This document shows, piece after piece, positions 9,636 through 20,759 of a DNA stretch of 64,000 nt (the stretch's first letter is position 1; each line of letters begins with the position of its first letter). The DNA lies in contig CAVOKF010000007.1 in assembly GCA_963696385.1 (NCBI GenBank), forward strand, positions 1,312,001 to 1,376,000, given 5' to 3'. The translations under genes and the position numbers were made by a program. The stretch is from an uncultured delta proteobacterium. Lineage in GTDB: Bacteria; Myxococcota_A; Polyangia; Polyangiales; Polyangiaceae. The notes under the pieces were generated by a model. The model worked only from the letters and a program-made list of their open reading frames with translations. It made no database searches and had not been told where the DNA came from.

Positions 9636-11399
9636 TTATCGCAGCAAGCGCACTCCCTGGTTGACCGACGGCAGGCGCACTTCTCGAAAGCCGTTCTCGC
9701 CCTCGACGATCCACCAAAACGACGGGGCGTCCAGATCGCGATCGAATTCAAATCGAAGACGCCCGGGTTGGCCGCTGCCGTCCACAGAAACGACTGTAGT
9801 CCGCATTCCGGGCACCTCGAACGTTTCGCCCCCGCCCATGCCCGCCGCCCGCACCGGATCGCTTGGCCCCAAATAGACAAGTGGTTCGGCGCCGTCTTGA
9901 ACCACATCCAGCGAGCGCGAGCCGGAACGAACGGCAACGAGGCGCCCGAAGGCTTGTGTGAGCACCCGCCACCGCTCTGGAGCCGCGGAACGCAGCATGA
10001 ACGGCGCGGCCAAGGCGGTGGTTGGCGTCGTCCCGCGAAGAATGACGACCGTCGTCTTGGACGGGGACAAATTCTCTCGGATCCACGCGAGGCGCCGGCT
10101 GTATAGCGGTTCCTCTTCCGTGGCCCGCTTCGAGAACCAGTACGCTTGCGCGGGAACATGAATGAAATGGGCGTAGACCAACCCGAGCGCAGCGACCGCC
10201 GTGACGGCGGTCGAGGGCGCTCGTTCCCATGACCGCCACATCCCTTCGGTCATGTCGGTCCACGCTGCGTCGATCACGACGCCGATCAGCGCACAGACTC
10301 CAAGTGCGCCGACAGCGAGCAAGCGCGAGGACGGCTGCACGGCCGCGACGGGCAACAGGGCAAGAACAGAGCCTCCCAGCAGCCATAGCGTTGCGGAGCG
10401 CGATCGCACGTCCTGACGACGCATGGCGCTGCCTCGCGCGATGCCCATCGCGACCACGATCGCAGCCCCCACGAGCACGAGCTGCTCGAGCGATGCCGAT
10501 GCGGACCAGCGGTCCTCGATCCCAAACCAGGCCGCCCCGAGAAGGATCGCGAAAGCCCGTGGCGTGCCGGACATGTACGAGCCCAGGTCGGCCAGCGGGT
10601 CGTGATAGAAACCCGAGCCGTGGACGCCGTACCCGAGTGCGGCGCGAATGCTTAGATAGGCGAACAAGGGCAGCGCGAATACCGCCAGTCCGGACATGCG
10701 TCGTGCGACCGTGTCGCCTCGGCGCGCGAACTCGATCGCAGCGACGTAGCCGGTAAAGCAGAGGGCGTATTCGCCGGTCAGCATGGTAACGGACCATAGG
10801 CACGCGCTCATCGCACCGTCCCGCGTGCTCCTCGCGTGCCGCCATCGGACATATCGTGCGAGCGCAAAGCTTCCGACCGCGACAGAGACAAGGACATCCC
10901 GATTCGCGAGCCACCAAATCGGAACCGTGTGCGCCGGCGAGAGCGCAAAGACAAGCGTGCCGACAGCCGCCGCGCGCTCGCTCAGCACGCTGCGAAACAG
11001 CGTGCCTGCAGCCGCCACGGCGACGGCCCACCAAAAGAGCGACCGCAAATGCGGCGCAAATGAATGATATCCAGATAACTTGTAGTCGAGCCAGACGAGA
11101 AGACTGGGCAACGGCCGCAAAAATCGCGTCTTTAGAAGCGGATCGCTCCACCATGGCAGCGCGCCGCGGTCGAGCAGACTCGCCCGATTGTCGTCGGCGA
11201 CGAAGTCGAAAAGATCGAAGAGGTTGCGGCTGGGCGTTAGCCGCCCTTCGATCATGGCGCGTTGGTCAAAGTCATCCAACACGAGCGGCGCGCGGAGCGC
11301 CGGCCAGTGGGCCGCCGCGGCGACCAGCAGTACGACCACGAATAGCACACGCGTGCCCGCCCGCGGTTGCGTCCCGACCGCTCGCGCACGCTCTAGCAC
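9636..11399 (-). CDS. Multi-pass membrane protein, possible GT-C-fold glycosyltransferase (paralog 2)
   Basis: Colinear with paralog 1: LDDF, FLRPLPS, WLANRD, GEYALCF, GSGFY. Start codon uncertain. Confidence 0.65.
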   Translation of the reverse strand: MLERARAVGTQPRAGTRVLFVVVLLVAAAAHWPALRAPLVLDDFDQRAMIEGRLTPSRNLFDLFDFVADDNRASLLDRGALPWWSDPLLKTRFLRPLPSLLVWLDYKLSGYHSFAPHLRSLFWWAVAVAAAGTLFRSVLSERAAAVGTLVFALSPAHTVPIWWLANRDVLVSVAVGSFALARYVRWRHARSTRDGAMSACLWSVTMLTGEYALCFTGYVAAIEFARRGDTVARRMSGLAVFALPLFAYLSIRAALGYGVHGSGFYHDPLADLGSYMSGTPRAFAILLGAAWFGIEDRWSASASLEQLVLVGAAIVVAMGIARGSAMRRQDVRSRSATLWLLGGSVLALLPVAAVQPSSRLLAVGALGVCALIGVVIDAAWTDMTEGMWRSWERAPSTAVTAVAALGLVYAHFIHVPAQAYWFSKRATEEEPLYSRRLAWIRENLSPSKTTVVILRGTTPTTALAAPFMLRSAAPERWRVLTQAFGRLVAVRSGSRSLDVVQDGAEPLVYLGPSDPVRAAGMGGGETFEVPGMRTTVVSVDGSGQPGRLRFEFDRDLDAPSFWWIVEGENGFREVRLPSVNQGVRLLR

Positions 11400-11907
11400 T
11401 CGAGACGCATATCGGGCAGCTTTTGCCCGGTCAAGCCGCCAACCGTCGCAGGCAGGCCTTGGCGGTTTCCCGGGCGTCGACCTTGGCGGAGCAGTTCGTC
11501 GGGGAAGTTGTCGTGCAAGGCGATTGCGGCCGTCTGCTCGTTCTCGCCCGAAGGATCTACGGCTTCGCCACCTTCATAATGAGCCCAGTGCTCGAATAAT
11601 TCGTCCAGTACACGCTCGTATCATCGAGGACGATGTCGTACGGATTGGTCTGATCCGAGGCAAGAGTGACGGGATTGCCCCCGGCAATGGGGGCTGCAAG
11701 GACGGCGTTTTCGTTGAAGTCCGTCCATTAAATGTTGACCGAATCAACAGCGACGCCGTTGGCGTTGGCAATGGCCACAACCGTGGTTGGGCGCCCGCCG
11801 TCAAGAGGAGCCAGAGCGATCGTTCCCGCCCCGGTTTCACCAGTCGGATTGTAACCGAAGTACACTCCTGCGGAATTCACAGCAATTCGAGCGGGGTAGC
11901 TGCCGCT

Positions 11908-13383
11908 CATAGGTAGGATCTTTATTTCCCGAGTGATCTCGATCACTTACGTGCATAGTGCACGAATTGGATAGTCAAAGGCATCGGGGATTCTCTAGAC
12001 GCTGTTGTGAGACAACGCGAAAGGAGACCCCCGATGCACGGATCAAACAGTACACGCGCCGGAGTCGGCGTGTATGCGAAACGGCTTACGGAAGTACTCG
12101 GCGAGGAGCAGGTGACCGCGATCGCGAGACGTAGCGGCTGGCTACGGCGAGTGCGCAAGGTGATGCCGCTGGCGATGGTCGTGGCGGTGCTGTCGACGCT
12201 CGGGTCGGGCCACGCCAAGTGGTTGGCCGATATTCTGCGGACGTTCCGGAAATTCGCGGGCCTTTCGCTGCGATATAAGCCCTTTCACAACCGGCTCGCG
12301 CAAGCGTCCTTTCCAGAGATGTTTCGGATGCTGCTGGAAGCGACGGTACAGAAGATGAGCCAGCCGGTTCTGCACGCCGTGTCCCCCAAACTGTCGACCT
12401 TTCGGGACATCGTCATTCGCGACGGGACGTCGTTCGCGCTCAAGGACGACTTGAAAGGCACATGGCCGGGCCGCTTTACAAAAATCTCGCCTGCCGCCGT
12501 GGAACTGCACGTCACGATGAGTCTGCTCCAAGACGATGTGCGCATCGTCGCCCTGACGGCCGACAAGGAGACCGAGCGAACCTACCGTCCCGAGGCCGCG
12601 AGTCTTCGCGAGCGGCTCTTTCTGGCCGACCGAGGGTACGAGGAGCGAACATTCTTTTTCGACGTCGACCAAGCGGGCGGCGCCTTCATCGTCCGCGGAA
12701 CCAAAAACATTCGACCCACCATTCGGGCCGCTTTCGACAGCGCCGGCAAATCCATCCCCAAGTTGCTCGGCCAGAAGTTGAACTGGGACCTGCTTCCGGC
12801 CCAGACGGTCGATCTCGACATCGAATGGCAGGCGAATTCATTCGTGTATCGCGGGCGAATTGTGGCGATCTACAAGCGCGGCAAGCGCAACGCGAAGACG
12901 TTCGTGTACCTGCACAGCAACCTCGCTCGCAAGCGCTTCTCCGCCGCCGACGTGGCCGGCTTGTATCGCCTCCGCTGGCAGGTGGAACTCCTGTTCAAAG
13001 AGTTCAAATCCCACGCCAACCTTCATGCCTTCGATACGGGCAAGGCCGCTATCGCGAAAGCGATGATATGGGCGAGCTTGCTCGCAGCCCTTCTGAAACG
13101 CTCGCTCGCACACTTCGCGGAAGCGTCGCTGGGGGTGGAGCTTTCGACCCAGCGAGCCGCCGCGTCCGGCAAGCATTACTTCGACGATGTCCTCCGCGGC
13201 CTTCTCGACTCGCCGCGCCAACTACGTCGTGCCCTCGCCGAAACGCTCAAGTTCCTCGATTCCAACGCGCGCCGCGCTCATCCTGCTCGCGATCGAAAGC
13301 GCGGACGTCTCGCTATGGGCCTCGAGCCACTCGCACTTGTGTGGTAGCGAGCGCCATCCCGAATCCCTAAGTACCAACTTATG
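11908..13383 (+). mobile_element. IS4-family element, complete
   Basis: Imperfect IRs CATAGGTAGGATCTT / CATAAGTTGGTACTT; 10-bp TSD AGCTGCCGCT at 11898-11907 and 13384-13393. Confidence 0.95.
12007..13347 (+). CDS. IS4-family DDE transposase
   Basis: DGTS, LADRGY and YRLRWQVELLFK (YREK) motifs. Confidence 0.95.
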   Translation: MRQRERRPPMHGSNSTRAGVGVYAKRLTEVLGEEQVTAIARRSGWLRRVRKVMPLAMVVAVLSTLGSGHAKWLADILRTFRKFAGLSLRYKPFHNRLAQASFPEMFRMLLEATVQKMSQPVLHAVSPKLSTFRDIVIRDGTSFALKDDLKGTWPGRFTKISPAAVELHVTMSLLQDDVRIVALTADKETERTYRPEAASLRERLFLADRGYEERTFFFDVDQAGGAFIVRGTKNIRPTIRAAFDSAGKSIPKLLGQKLNWDLLPAQTVDLDIEWQANSFVYRGRIVAIYKRGKRNAKTFVYLHSNLARKRFSAADVAGLYRLRWQVELLFKEFKSHANLHAFDTGKAAIAKAMIWASLLAALLKRSLAHFAEASLGVELSTQRAAASGKHYFDDVLRGLLDSPRQLRRALAETLKFLDSNARRAHPARDRKRGRLAMGLEPLALVW

Positions 13384-14519
13384 AGCTGCCGCTAAGCACC
13401 GTAGACGGAAGGAGGTTCACGGGGGTCCCAAGCGGCGAGAGCGAGCGCAAGGGCATTCGCCTGCCCGGAATAACGAAAAGCAGCCGCTCTGAATCCAGTA
13501 AAGACTGTTCGACCCGCTTGCGATGGCTTGGATGCATGCAATTCCGTTTGGGACCAGAACGGTCGGCGTCGCCGTCGGATTTCCCAGCGGTACCGTAAGC
13601 AACGGCTCGTTGTGATCCCCCGTGCTTTGATCGCAATTGACCCAGTAAATGTTCCGTCATGGCCAACGGACACGCATAAGGCGAACCGATGGGGACGGCC
13701 GGCGTATTGCCGTTCGGTTGCCAAACCAGGCTCCCGTCGGGCTTCGCGCCCCCAATGCCCGCGTTGATCCAGAATATTCCTTGTGTCGTGACAGCGATAC
13801 CGACAGGATCCAGCTGATTGTTTGCAATCAAGCTCCAGGAGGCCGGCGACGAACCCGTAATCGACGCCGACCTCACAGAGCCATTCGTGTCGATCTCGGA
13901 AATGTCCGCGCTCTCCGTTGTCGAGACGGCGCGCCGGCTGCTCAAGTGATGGCGAAGCGCGCTGCAACCCCTCCTGCCGGTGCGTCCGACGCGTGCCTCG
14001 CTTGAGCGCGGTTGGGGATGAGTGTTGATGGTTGGCGGCGGCGATCCATCGAGCACACAAACAGGCATCCGGCACCGCCGAGTCAATCGTGCGTCCCGGG
14101 TGGAATTCGTCGTCACTGTCTCGCGCCACGCCCTTCAGATCGTGCGGACTCCGACGGAGCCGACGGTCAAGATGAGCGCACCGGCGATGGGTCTCTCGTT
14201 CTTAGGGTCAATCATCGTTCGCAACAATTGTAGTCCTCAGGACGAGACCGCTCCACACGGGCGCGTGCAAGATTCGTCGCATCTTCGCTTGCCGTCATCG
14301 ACCTTGCCTAGCCGACGGGACGCCCTTCTTCCGTGCGACCGCTTCGACCTACGTCGTGGTCAGGCGGTCGATGCCCCGCCTGAACGCTTCCGCGAAGGCC
14401 TTCTCGTTCGAAGCCCGATCGGTCTTCGCAGCGATAAGCCTAAAGCTGCACCGGGCCCGGCTCGGGACCCCGACACCAGTGATTCGATGGAAGGGGACCC
14501 CGGGGGACGGCGGTGACAG

Positions 14520-15092
14520 TCAGAACTTGACGCCCACTTGCCCGTTCGCCATGAAGGCAGCCTGCGAGTTATCCAGGCCGGGCGTCAAGAAGATGTCGGC
14601 GTCGGCGCCGACGAACAACAGACCAAAGCCGAGCAGCGCGGTGACGCCCGGCTCGACGTATAGGTTGTGAATATCCTGGCTGCCACCGCCCGAGAGCGAC
14701 GTGTGAATCGTGTAACTGCCGATTTCGACCGTGGGTCGGAGCGTCAAGAGCGCGATCTTGAAGCTGTAGCCGCCCTCGACGCCGTAGAGCCAAGAGGATT
14801 CCGACTCTATTGAGATGGCGCCGGCGGGGGGTGGAGTCACCAGGCTGTTGTTCCCGCCCAGGTAGTACATCCCCGAAACGCCCGCATAGATGCCGAATAT
14901 CGAGACGCCCGCACGGCCCCCTGCGCCGAAACCGAGCGGGTTGAGACCGGGGCCCTTGATGGGGTCCGACGTGCCGCCCACTCTCGCAGCGGCCTCGATG
15001 TCGACCGGACCGAGCGCACGCGCCGGGCGCGAGAAAGCCACGGAGGAAACGAACGCACCAGCGACGAGAAGGAGATTCGTTGCTCTTTTCAT
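14520..15092 (-). CDS. Small outer-membrane beta-barrel protein
   Basis: Signal peptide, alternating amphipathic Gly/aromatic strands, C-terminal Phe (GQVGVKF). Confidence 0.75.
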   Translation of the reverse strand: MKRATNLLLVAGAFVSSVAFSRPARALGPVDIEAAARVGGTSDPIKGPGLNPLGFGAGGRAGVSIFGIYAGVSGMYYLGGNNSLVTPPPAGAISIESESSWLYGVEGGYSFKIALLTLRPTVEIGSYTIHTSLSGGGSQDIHNLYVEPGVTALLGFGLLFVGADADIFLTPGLDNSQAAFMANGQVGVKF

Positions 15093-15209
15093 TAGCTTCA
15101 CAGTGTCGGCGGGTTCGACGGCGAGAACAAGAGAGTAAAGCGAACGTCTCGCGCTCGTGGGCCGCGATCTCCGCCTCTTGTTTGGAGCTTTGGCCGACTG
15201 TCCTCATCC

Positions 15210-15358
15210 GGCGGAAAAGCGCGGCCCCACACCTCGGCCTCCAGGTCCTTGACCTGCTGGCTGAGGGGCGGCTGCCCGATGCCGACGCGCGCCGCGGCGC
15301 GGGTGAAGTTCTTCTCCTCGGCGACGGCCAGGAAGTAGCGGACGTGGCGCAGCTCCAT
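15210..15358 (-). pseudogene. LysR-family regulator, HTH-only fragment
   Basis: [40 protein letters not shown], then similarity is lost. Confidence 0.85.
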
Positions 15359-15516
15359 CTTTGGTATCTTCAAAAGATATCAAGAACGACTCTACCATAT
15401 ATTGGACTGCATGGCGCCGGGACCTCATGTTGAGGAGCAAGAGGGAAGCACCCCAGCAACGAACCTCGAGCGCTGAAACGCTCGGGCAAATCAACGAGAT
15501 GACAGGAGAAGAGATC

Positions 15517-15920
15517 ATGAGCATCACATTTGATCGCGTGCGCAACATCTTCAAGGGGCTCGAGAACGGTGACGGAGCTGCCTTTTTCGAACAGGTGGCC
15601 GACGACGGCGACTGGACCGTCATGGGCACCCACCCGCTTGCCGGTCACTACCCCAGCAAGAAGGCCTTCATCGCCGGAACCTTCGCCAAGCTGGGGCAGG
15701 TTCTTCCGCAGGGCGCGCAGCTGCACGTGGAGAACGTGATCGTCCAGGACGATCAGGCCGTCGTCGAGCTTCATTCCCTCGCGACCGCCAAGAACGGCAT
15801 GCGTTTCGACAACCGCTACTGCTGGGTGGTCGGTTTCCGGGATGCCGTGATCGATCGCGTCGCGCGTACCTCGACTCGGCCCTCGTCGCTCGATTGTTCG
15901 AAGAAAACCCCATCCGGTGA
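15517..15920 (+). pseudogene. SnoaL/NTF2-like protein with a frameshift near the 3' end
   Basis: WTVMGTHPLAGHY, FDNRYCWV; the natural ending AYLDSALVARLFEENP lies in another frame after ~15860. Confidence 0.75.
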
Positions 15921-15943
15921 TCGGTCGTTGAGAGGAGGGACCA

Positions 15944-16435
15944 ATGAATCACACTGATCGACGGATGTTTCCAAAAGAGAGCGGCGCCCTCGTCCTGTCG
16001 GCCGTCGCGGCAACAGCGCCTTTCGCCCGCCGCTCAACCGCAAAGCCCGACTACCCAAAGGACGCGAAGGGGCCTGGTGCAGTCATCTCGGGCCCCAGTC
16101 AGGCAGAGGGCATCGCGCGATTCGGCTCGCGCGCGCGGTACGAGGACGTGACGTCCGATCGGCGCGAGCAGCTGAAGGTTAGCGTGCTCGACTCGCTCGC
16201 GTGCGCAATCAACGCCCTCGGTGCCCCTCTGCTCGAGGCGTCCCGCGCGCAGGTCGACGAGTTCAGCGGTCCAGGCGGGCGGTGCACGTTGATCGGCGGC
16301 GGACGGTCGAACCCAATCGATGCGGCGCTCTACAACACCGCGCTCGTTCGCTACGTCGACTTCATGGACAGCTACCTCGCCGGAGGCGGTCTATGTCACC
16401 CGTCGGACAACATGGCGGCGATCCTCGCCTCCAGG
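15944..16435 (+). pseudogene. MmgE/PrpD-family protein, truncated
   Basis: VLDSLACAINAL, AALYNTALVRYVDFMDSY, CHPSDN; breaks off shortly afterwards. Confidence 0.8.
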
Positions 16436-16590
16436 GCAAATCCGGCGCTTGTCATCGGGCGCAAGCGAAGTCGACAGGCGGATCGCAACACCTTAGCGTA
16501 CCACGCATGCGAACCGGGTCGCTGGCGGGTAATCAGGAAAGAGGCACTGCGCGCGAGGACACGTCGATTGAGGTTCCCCAGGGTCAGCGC

Positions 16591-18126
16591 CTGATCGCGC
16601 CGATTCGAGCCGAGATCTTCGCAATCGTTTTCACGACCGGCGCGGTGGTCCTGTTGGTTGAAATCCTCGGGACGCGCATCGTCGGCCCCGTTTTTGGGGT
16701 CGACCTTTTCGTCTGGTCTGCGCTTTTGGCGGCGACGCTCGGTTCACTCGCCAGTGGCTACTACGCCGGCGGATCGTTGGTCGACCGCAGACCGACTCCA
16801 TGGCTCCTTGGCCTCGTGGTCATGACAGCCGGGGTGCTGCTCGGAATTTTGCGCCTGATTAGCCACGGGGTACTCCTCTTCTCCGACGGCTTTGGTCCGC
16901 GCGCAGGTCCGCTGCTCGCCGCAACGGTGCTATTCGCTCCATGTCTGATTGTTCTTGGAATGGTTGGGCCCATCGCGGTCCGCCTGCTGGCCGTGGACCT
17001 GCGGGCCGCCGGACATGGCGTCGGGGCGGTCTATGCCGTTTCCACGGCGGGCAGCCTCGCGGGAACGCTTGTAACCGCCTTCGCGATCATCCCGGCATTC
17101 GATACCGACCAAGTCGTCGTGGGAGCTGCGACGCTACTCACCCTTATGGGCGCGGCCTCGCTTGCGTTGCACGGGCGTCCTTCGGGGCTCGTGGCGGTCG
17201 CCGTGCCTCTTCTGCTGGCATGGGCCGCACCGGAATCGCGGCTTCCCGCCGGCTTTGAAAGGGTGGCTCGCTCTCAGAGCCTGTACGGGCTCGTCGAAGT
17301 CATCGATGACCATGCCCGCAACGTTCGCTTCCTCCGCAGCGATCACTCCGTTCTTGGCGCGCAGTTTGTCCGTGACGGTTCGCCAGGCTTCGCGTTTGTC
17401 TACGTGATGGAGGCCGTCCGATTCTTGAGGCCAGCCGCGAGGGACATGCTTCAGATTGGTCTGGGCATCGGCTCGTTGCCGTCGGCGCTGGAGGCGCGAG
17501 GAATTAAAGTCGACGTCGTCGAGATCGATCCTGCGGTCGTGCGCTTCGCAAGCCGCTACTTCGGGTTTGCCAGCAAAGGGAATGTCTACCAAGAGGACGC
17601 CCGGACATTTTTGCGTCGAACCGACCGCCACTACGATTTGATCGTGCACGATACGTTCACGGGCGGCACCACACCCGAGCACTTGCTGTCGCGAGAGGTC
17701 ATGCAACGCATCCACGATCTCCTGCGGCCTGGAGGCGTTATGGTGCTGAATTTTGTCGGGTACGAGGATGGCCCGAACGCCGAAGCCACTTGGGACGTGG
17801 CGCGAACCGTACGTAGCGCCTTCCGCTTCGTCCGCACCTTTCGCGACAGCGAACCCGACCTTCGCCCGCATGCGCTGGAGAACCTGGTGTTCTTCGCCTC
17901 CGACAATGACCTCGACTTGACCGTGCCGCGTACTGCGGTGTTCGAGAACGCCACGAGCGAACGCGTCACGCGCTCGCTGCCTGCCTGGGAGGTGCTCAAA
18001 GTAATACCGGACGGCCCGTTGGTCACCGACGGCCACAATCCACTGGCACGTCTCCAGCTACCCGTCGCAGAGGAGCACTTTGCGGCAATGAATGTGCTCT
18101 TGCCTGTTGGGGTATGGATCGAGTGA
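16591..18126 (+). CDS. Fused membrane domain/spermidine-synthase-like SAM methyltransferase
   Basis: EILGTR...P.FG...VW and YAVSTAGSLAGT membrane motifs; IGLGIGS, VVEIDPAV, YDLIVHDTF. Start uncertain. Confidence 0.88.
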   Translation: MIAPIRAEIFAIVFTTGAVVLLVEILGTRIVGPVFGVDLFVWSALLAATLGSLASGYYAGGSLVDRRPTPWLLGLVVMTAGVLLGILRLISHGVLLFSDGFGPRAGPLLAATVLFAPCLIVLGMVGPIAVRLLAVDLRAAGHGVGAVYAVSTAGSLAGTLVTAFAIIPAFDTDQVVVGAATLLTLMGAASLALHGRPSGLVAVAVPLLLAWAAPESRLPAGFERVARSQSLYGLVEVIDDHARNVRFLRSDHSVLGAQFVRDGSPGFAFVYVMEAVRFLRPAARDMLQIGLGIGSLPSALEARGIKVDVVEIDPAVVRFASRYFGFASKGNVYQEDARTFLRRTDRHYDLIVHDTFTGGTTPEHLLSREVMQRIHDLLRPGGVMVLNFVGYEDGPNAEATWDVARTVRSAFRFVRTFRDSEPDLRPHALENLVFFASDNDLDLTVPRTAVFENATSERVTRSLPAWEVLKVIPDGPLVTDGHNPLARLQLPVAEEHFAAMNVLLPVGVWIE

Positions 18127-18334
18127 CGGCGGGGCCTCGACGCGAGTTCGGCTTATCGGATTACGATGACGTTCCGCTTCCTCGCGCCCGACATTTCGTC
18201 TCGCGTTGTTCGAATCTTGTCGACGCTTCACTCGCGAGGTACTCGACTGAGCGACGATGAAAACGCACGACTTCGCGCTCGTGGGCGTTGTCGGGCGCCA
18301 TCGCTCTGCTTCTCGGACTCGTTCAACGGTGACC

Positions 18335-19317
18335 TTGCGCTTGCCGCGCTTGTAGATCGCCACAATTCGGCCGCGATACACGAATGAATTCGCCAGCCAT
18401 TCGATGTCGAGATCGACCGTCTGGGCCGGAAGCAGGTCCCAGTTCAACTTCTGGCCGAGCAACTTGGGGATGGATTTGCCGGCGCTGTCGAAAGCTGCCC
18501 GAATGGTGGGTCGAATGTTTTTGGTTCCGCGGACGATGAAGGCGCCGCCCGCTTGGTCGACGTCGAAAAAGAATTTTCGCTCCTCGTACCCTCGGTCGGC
18601 CAGAAAGAGCCGCTCGCGAAGACTCGCGGCCTCGGGACGGTAGGTTCGCTCGGTCTCCTTGTCGGCCGCCAGGGCGACGATGCGCACATCGTCTTGGAGC
18701 AGACTCATCGTGACGTGCAGTTCCACGGCGGCTGGCGAGATTTTCGTAAAGCGGCCCGGCCATGTGCCTTTCAAGTCGTCCTTGAGCGCGAACGACGTCC
18801 CGTCGTGAATGACGATGTCCCGAAAGGTCGACAGTTTGGGGGACACGGCGTGCAGAACCGGCTGGCTCATCTTCTGTACCGTCGCTTCCAGCAGCATCCG
18901 AAACATCTCTGGAAAGGACGCTTGCGCGAGCCGGTTGTGAAAGGGCTTATATCGCAGCGAAAGGCCCGCGAATTTCCGGAACGTCCGCAGAATATCGGCC
19001 AACCACTTGGCGTGGCCCGACCCGAGCGTCGACAGCACCGCCACGACCATCGCCAGCGGCATCACCTTGCGCACGCGCCGTAGCCAGCCGCTACGTCTCG
19101 CGATCGCGGTCACCTGCTCCTCGCCGAGTACTTCCGTAAGCCGTTTCGCATACACGCCGACTCCGGCGCGTGTACTGTTTAATCCGTGCATCGGGGGTCT
19201 CCTTTCGCGTTGTCTCACAACAGCGTCTAGAGAATCCCCGATGCCTTTGACTATCCAATTCGTGCACTATGCACGTAAGTGATCGAGATCACTCGGGAAA
19301 TAAAGATCCTACCTATG
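18335..19317 (-). mobile_element. IS4-family element, 3'-truncated inverted copy of 11908-13383
   Basis: Near-identical from the left IR (19317) to KRGKR (18335); lacks the YREK region and right IR. Confidence 0.93.
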
Positions 19318-19382
19318 AGAGCACGCTACGAGCGAGCAAATCGCCTCAACCGCCGACACAAAGGCCGGCAGGCACGAGCTTC

Positions 19383-20378
19383 TCAGCGCGTGACTTTCCG
19401 AGTTGGGCGACGTCGCATCCTACGCAGACCTCCGGCCGCCGAGGCCAAACCAAGCACGGCCAAATTGGGCGAGCACGCGCTCGGGCGAGGCATTCCGATC
19501 GCGCACCCAGCACTCGAGCTGGTCGGCGGTGCGGCCGCGGGCGAACTGACGCTGCCCGCGTTGGTCCCATTGACGGCCTGCCCGGACATTACGGGTGTTG
19601 GACCGGGATTTTCGACTCCGGAACCGCCGCCGGCGGGGACGCTGCCGCCGGGGAATTCGCCCGAACACCCCAGGGTTCCGCCGATCGCAAATGCGCCTTG
19701 AAACGCAAAATCCGAGTTTGGTGGCGTGCAGGACATGGTGCTGCATGCGGCCGTCACCATTCCGTTGCCGTCTGGAGGGCACAGGCAGCTCCAGTTCGGA
19801 AGACAATCCGATCCCGTTTTGCACGCCGGCATCTGATTTTGCTGACACGCGCCCGCAATCCCCCAACACAGGCAGGTACTGCCCGCCTCGCAGAGCGATG
19901 GGGAAGACGGACATTCAGCCTGGTTTGCGTTGGTGCAGGGCGGCTGTGGGGGCTGCGCCGACGCGCAAGGTACGCTCACCGCTCCGGCGTCGGCGGGCAC
20001 GTCCGTGTCCGTGCCCGAGCAATCGCAAGCTTCACTGGCAACGACGCACTGAAAGCCGTTGCCGCAATCGCTGTCGACGGAGCAGGGCGCTTGCCATTGA
20101 GGTACGCAGGCATTTCCGGGGATGAGTGATGCGTCCGGACCCGGTACGCAATGAATATTTAGAAAACAAGCGAAGCCAGGGGAGCAGTCGGAGTTGCTCT
20201 GGCATCCCTTTGATGTGCAGGTCTGACCCCCGTCTTGAGCGGTGCCCGTACACTGAAACCCGAGCGGACAGTCCCCGTCCGTGACGCAAGGGCTGGCACC
20301 GGCATCGCGCGCCGACGCGATTGCGACGCCAAACAGCATGGCCGCAACAACGCGGACGGGCGGCAAATTAAAGCGCAT
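19383..20378 (-). CDS. Cys-rich secreted protein with MYXO-CTERM-like tail
   Basis: Signal peptide; repeated CxxDxDCxxGFxC units; ends SSAGCAIG...LAVLGLASAAGGLRRMRRR. Confidence 0.8.
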   Translation of the reverse strand: MRFNLPPVRVVAAMLFGVAIASARDAGASPCVTDGDCPLGFQCTGTAQDGGQTCTSKGCQSNSDCSPGFACFLNIHCVPGPDASLIPGNACVPQWQAPCSVDSDCGNGFQCVVASEACDCSGTDTDVPADAGAVSVPCASAQPPQPPCTNANQAECPSSPSLCEAGSTCLCWGIAGACQQNQMPACKTGSDCLPNWSCLCPPDGNGMVTAACSTMSCTPPNSDFAFQGAFAIGGTLGCSGEFPGGSVPAGGGSGVENPGPTPVMSGQAVNGTNAGSVSSPAAAPPTSSSAGCAIGMPRPSACSPNLAVLGLASAAGGLRRMRRRPTRKVTR

Positions 20379-20759
20379 GGGCGATTCCGGTTACGAAGTC
20401 TGCAGTGTCGAGCAACAAGTGTACCTCACGACGGGGGCCATGGCCGGCCACTTCAGTTCGGGGCTGGCCGGCGATGCCTTGTGCGGCCAATTTGGCGCGG
20501 CCAAGACGGCCACCACGCGGGCTCCCGACTGGAAGACCCGGCGGTCGCGACTTTCTGATCGCGAGTGGCCCACTTCGACACGCGCGGCGACGCAATCGCT
20601 TTGGGTTGGCTCGCCCCATGCGCCGAATAATGGAGCGGTTTTCGGGAGGACCGGCGTCGCGCCGGACCGGGCGGGCGTTGCGTGCGACCGCAGCGTCGGC
20701 TTCTCCAAAGGGACAACCCGCCGGTCGGTTGGTAGTGGTAAGGTCGTCGATCATGCCGA

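Larger units (their letters stand above)
11400..14215 (-). pseudogene. Beta-propeller-type surface protein, decayed and interrupted by IS4
   Basis: Blade-like repeats (PVGIAVTTQGIFWIN, IASGSNSLYWIQ, GVAVDSVNI*W). Removing the IS plus one TSD copy restores PSTVLSGSYPARIAVNSAGVYF. Outer limits approximate. Confidence 0.6.

Noticed and set aside
11908..19317. Composite transposon already mobilised by the two IS4 copies
   Set aside because: Copy 1 has its own TSD on both sides, and the outer flanks of the pair do not match.
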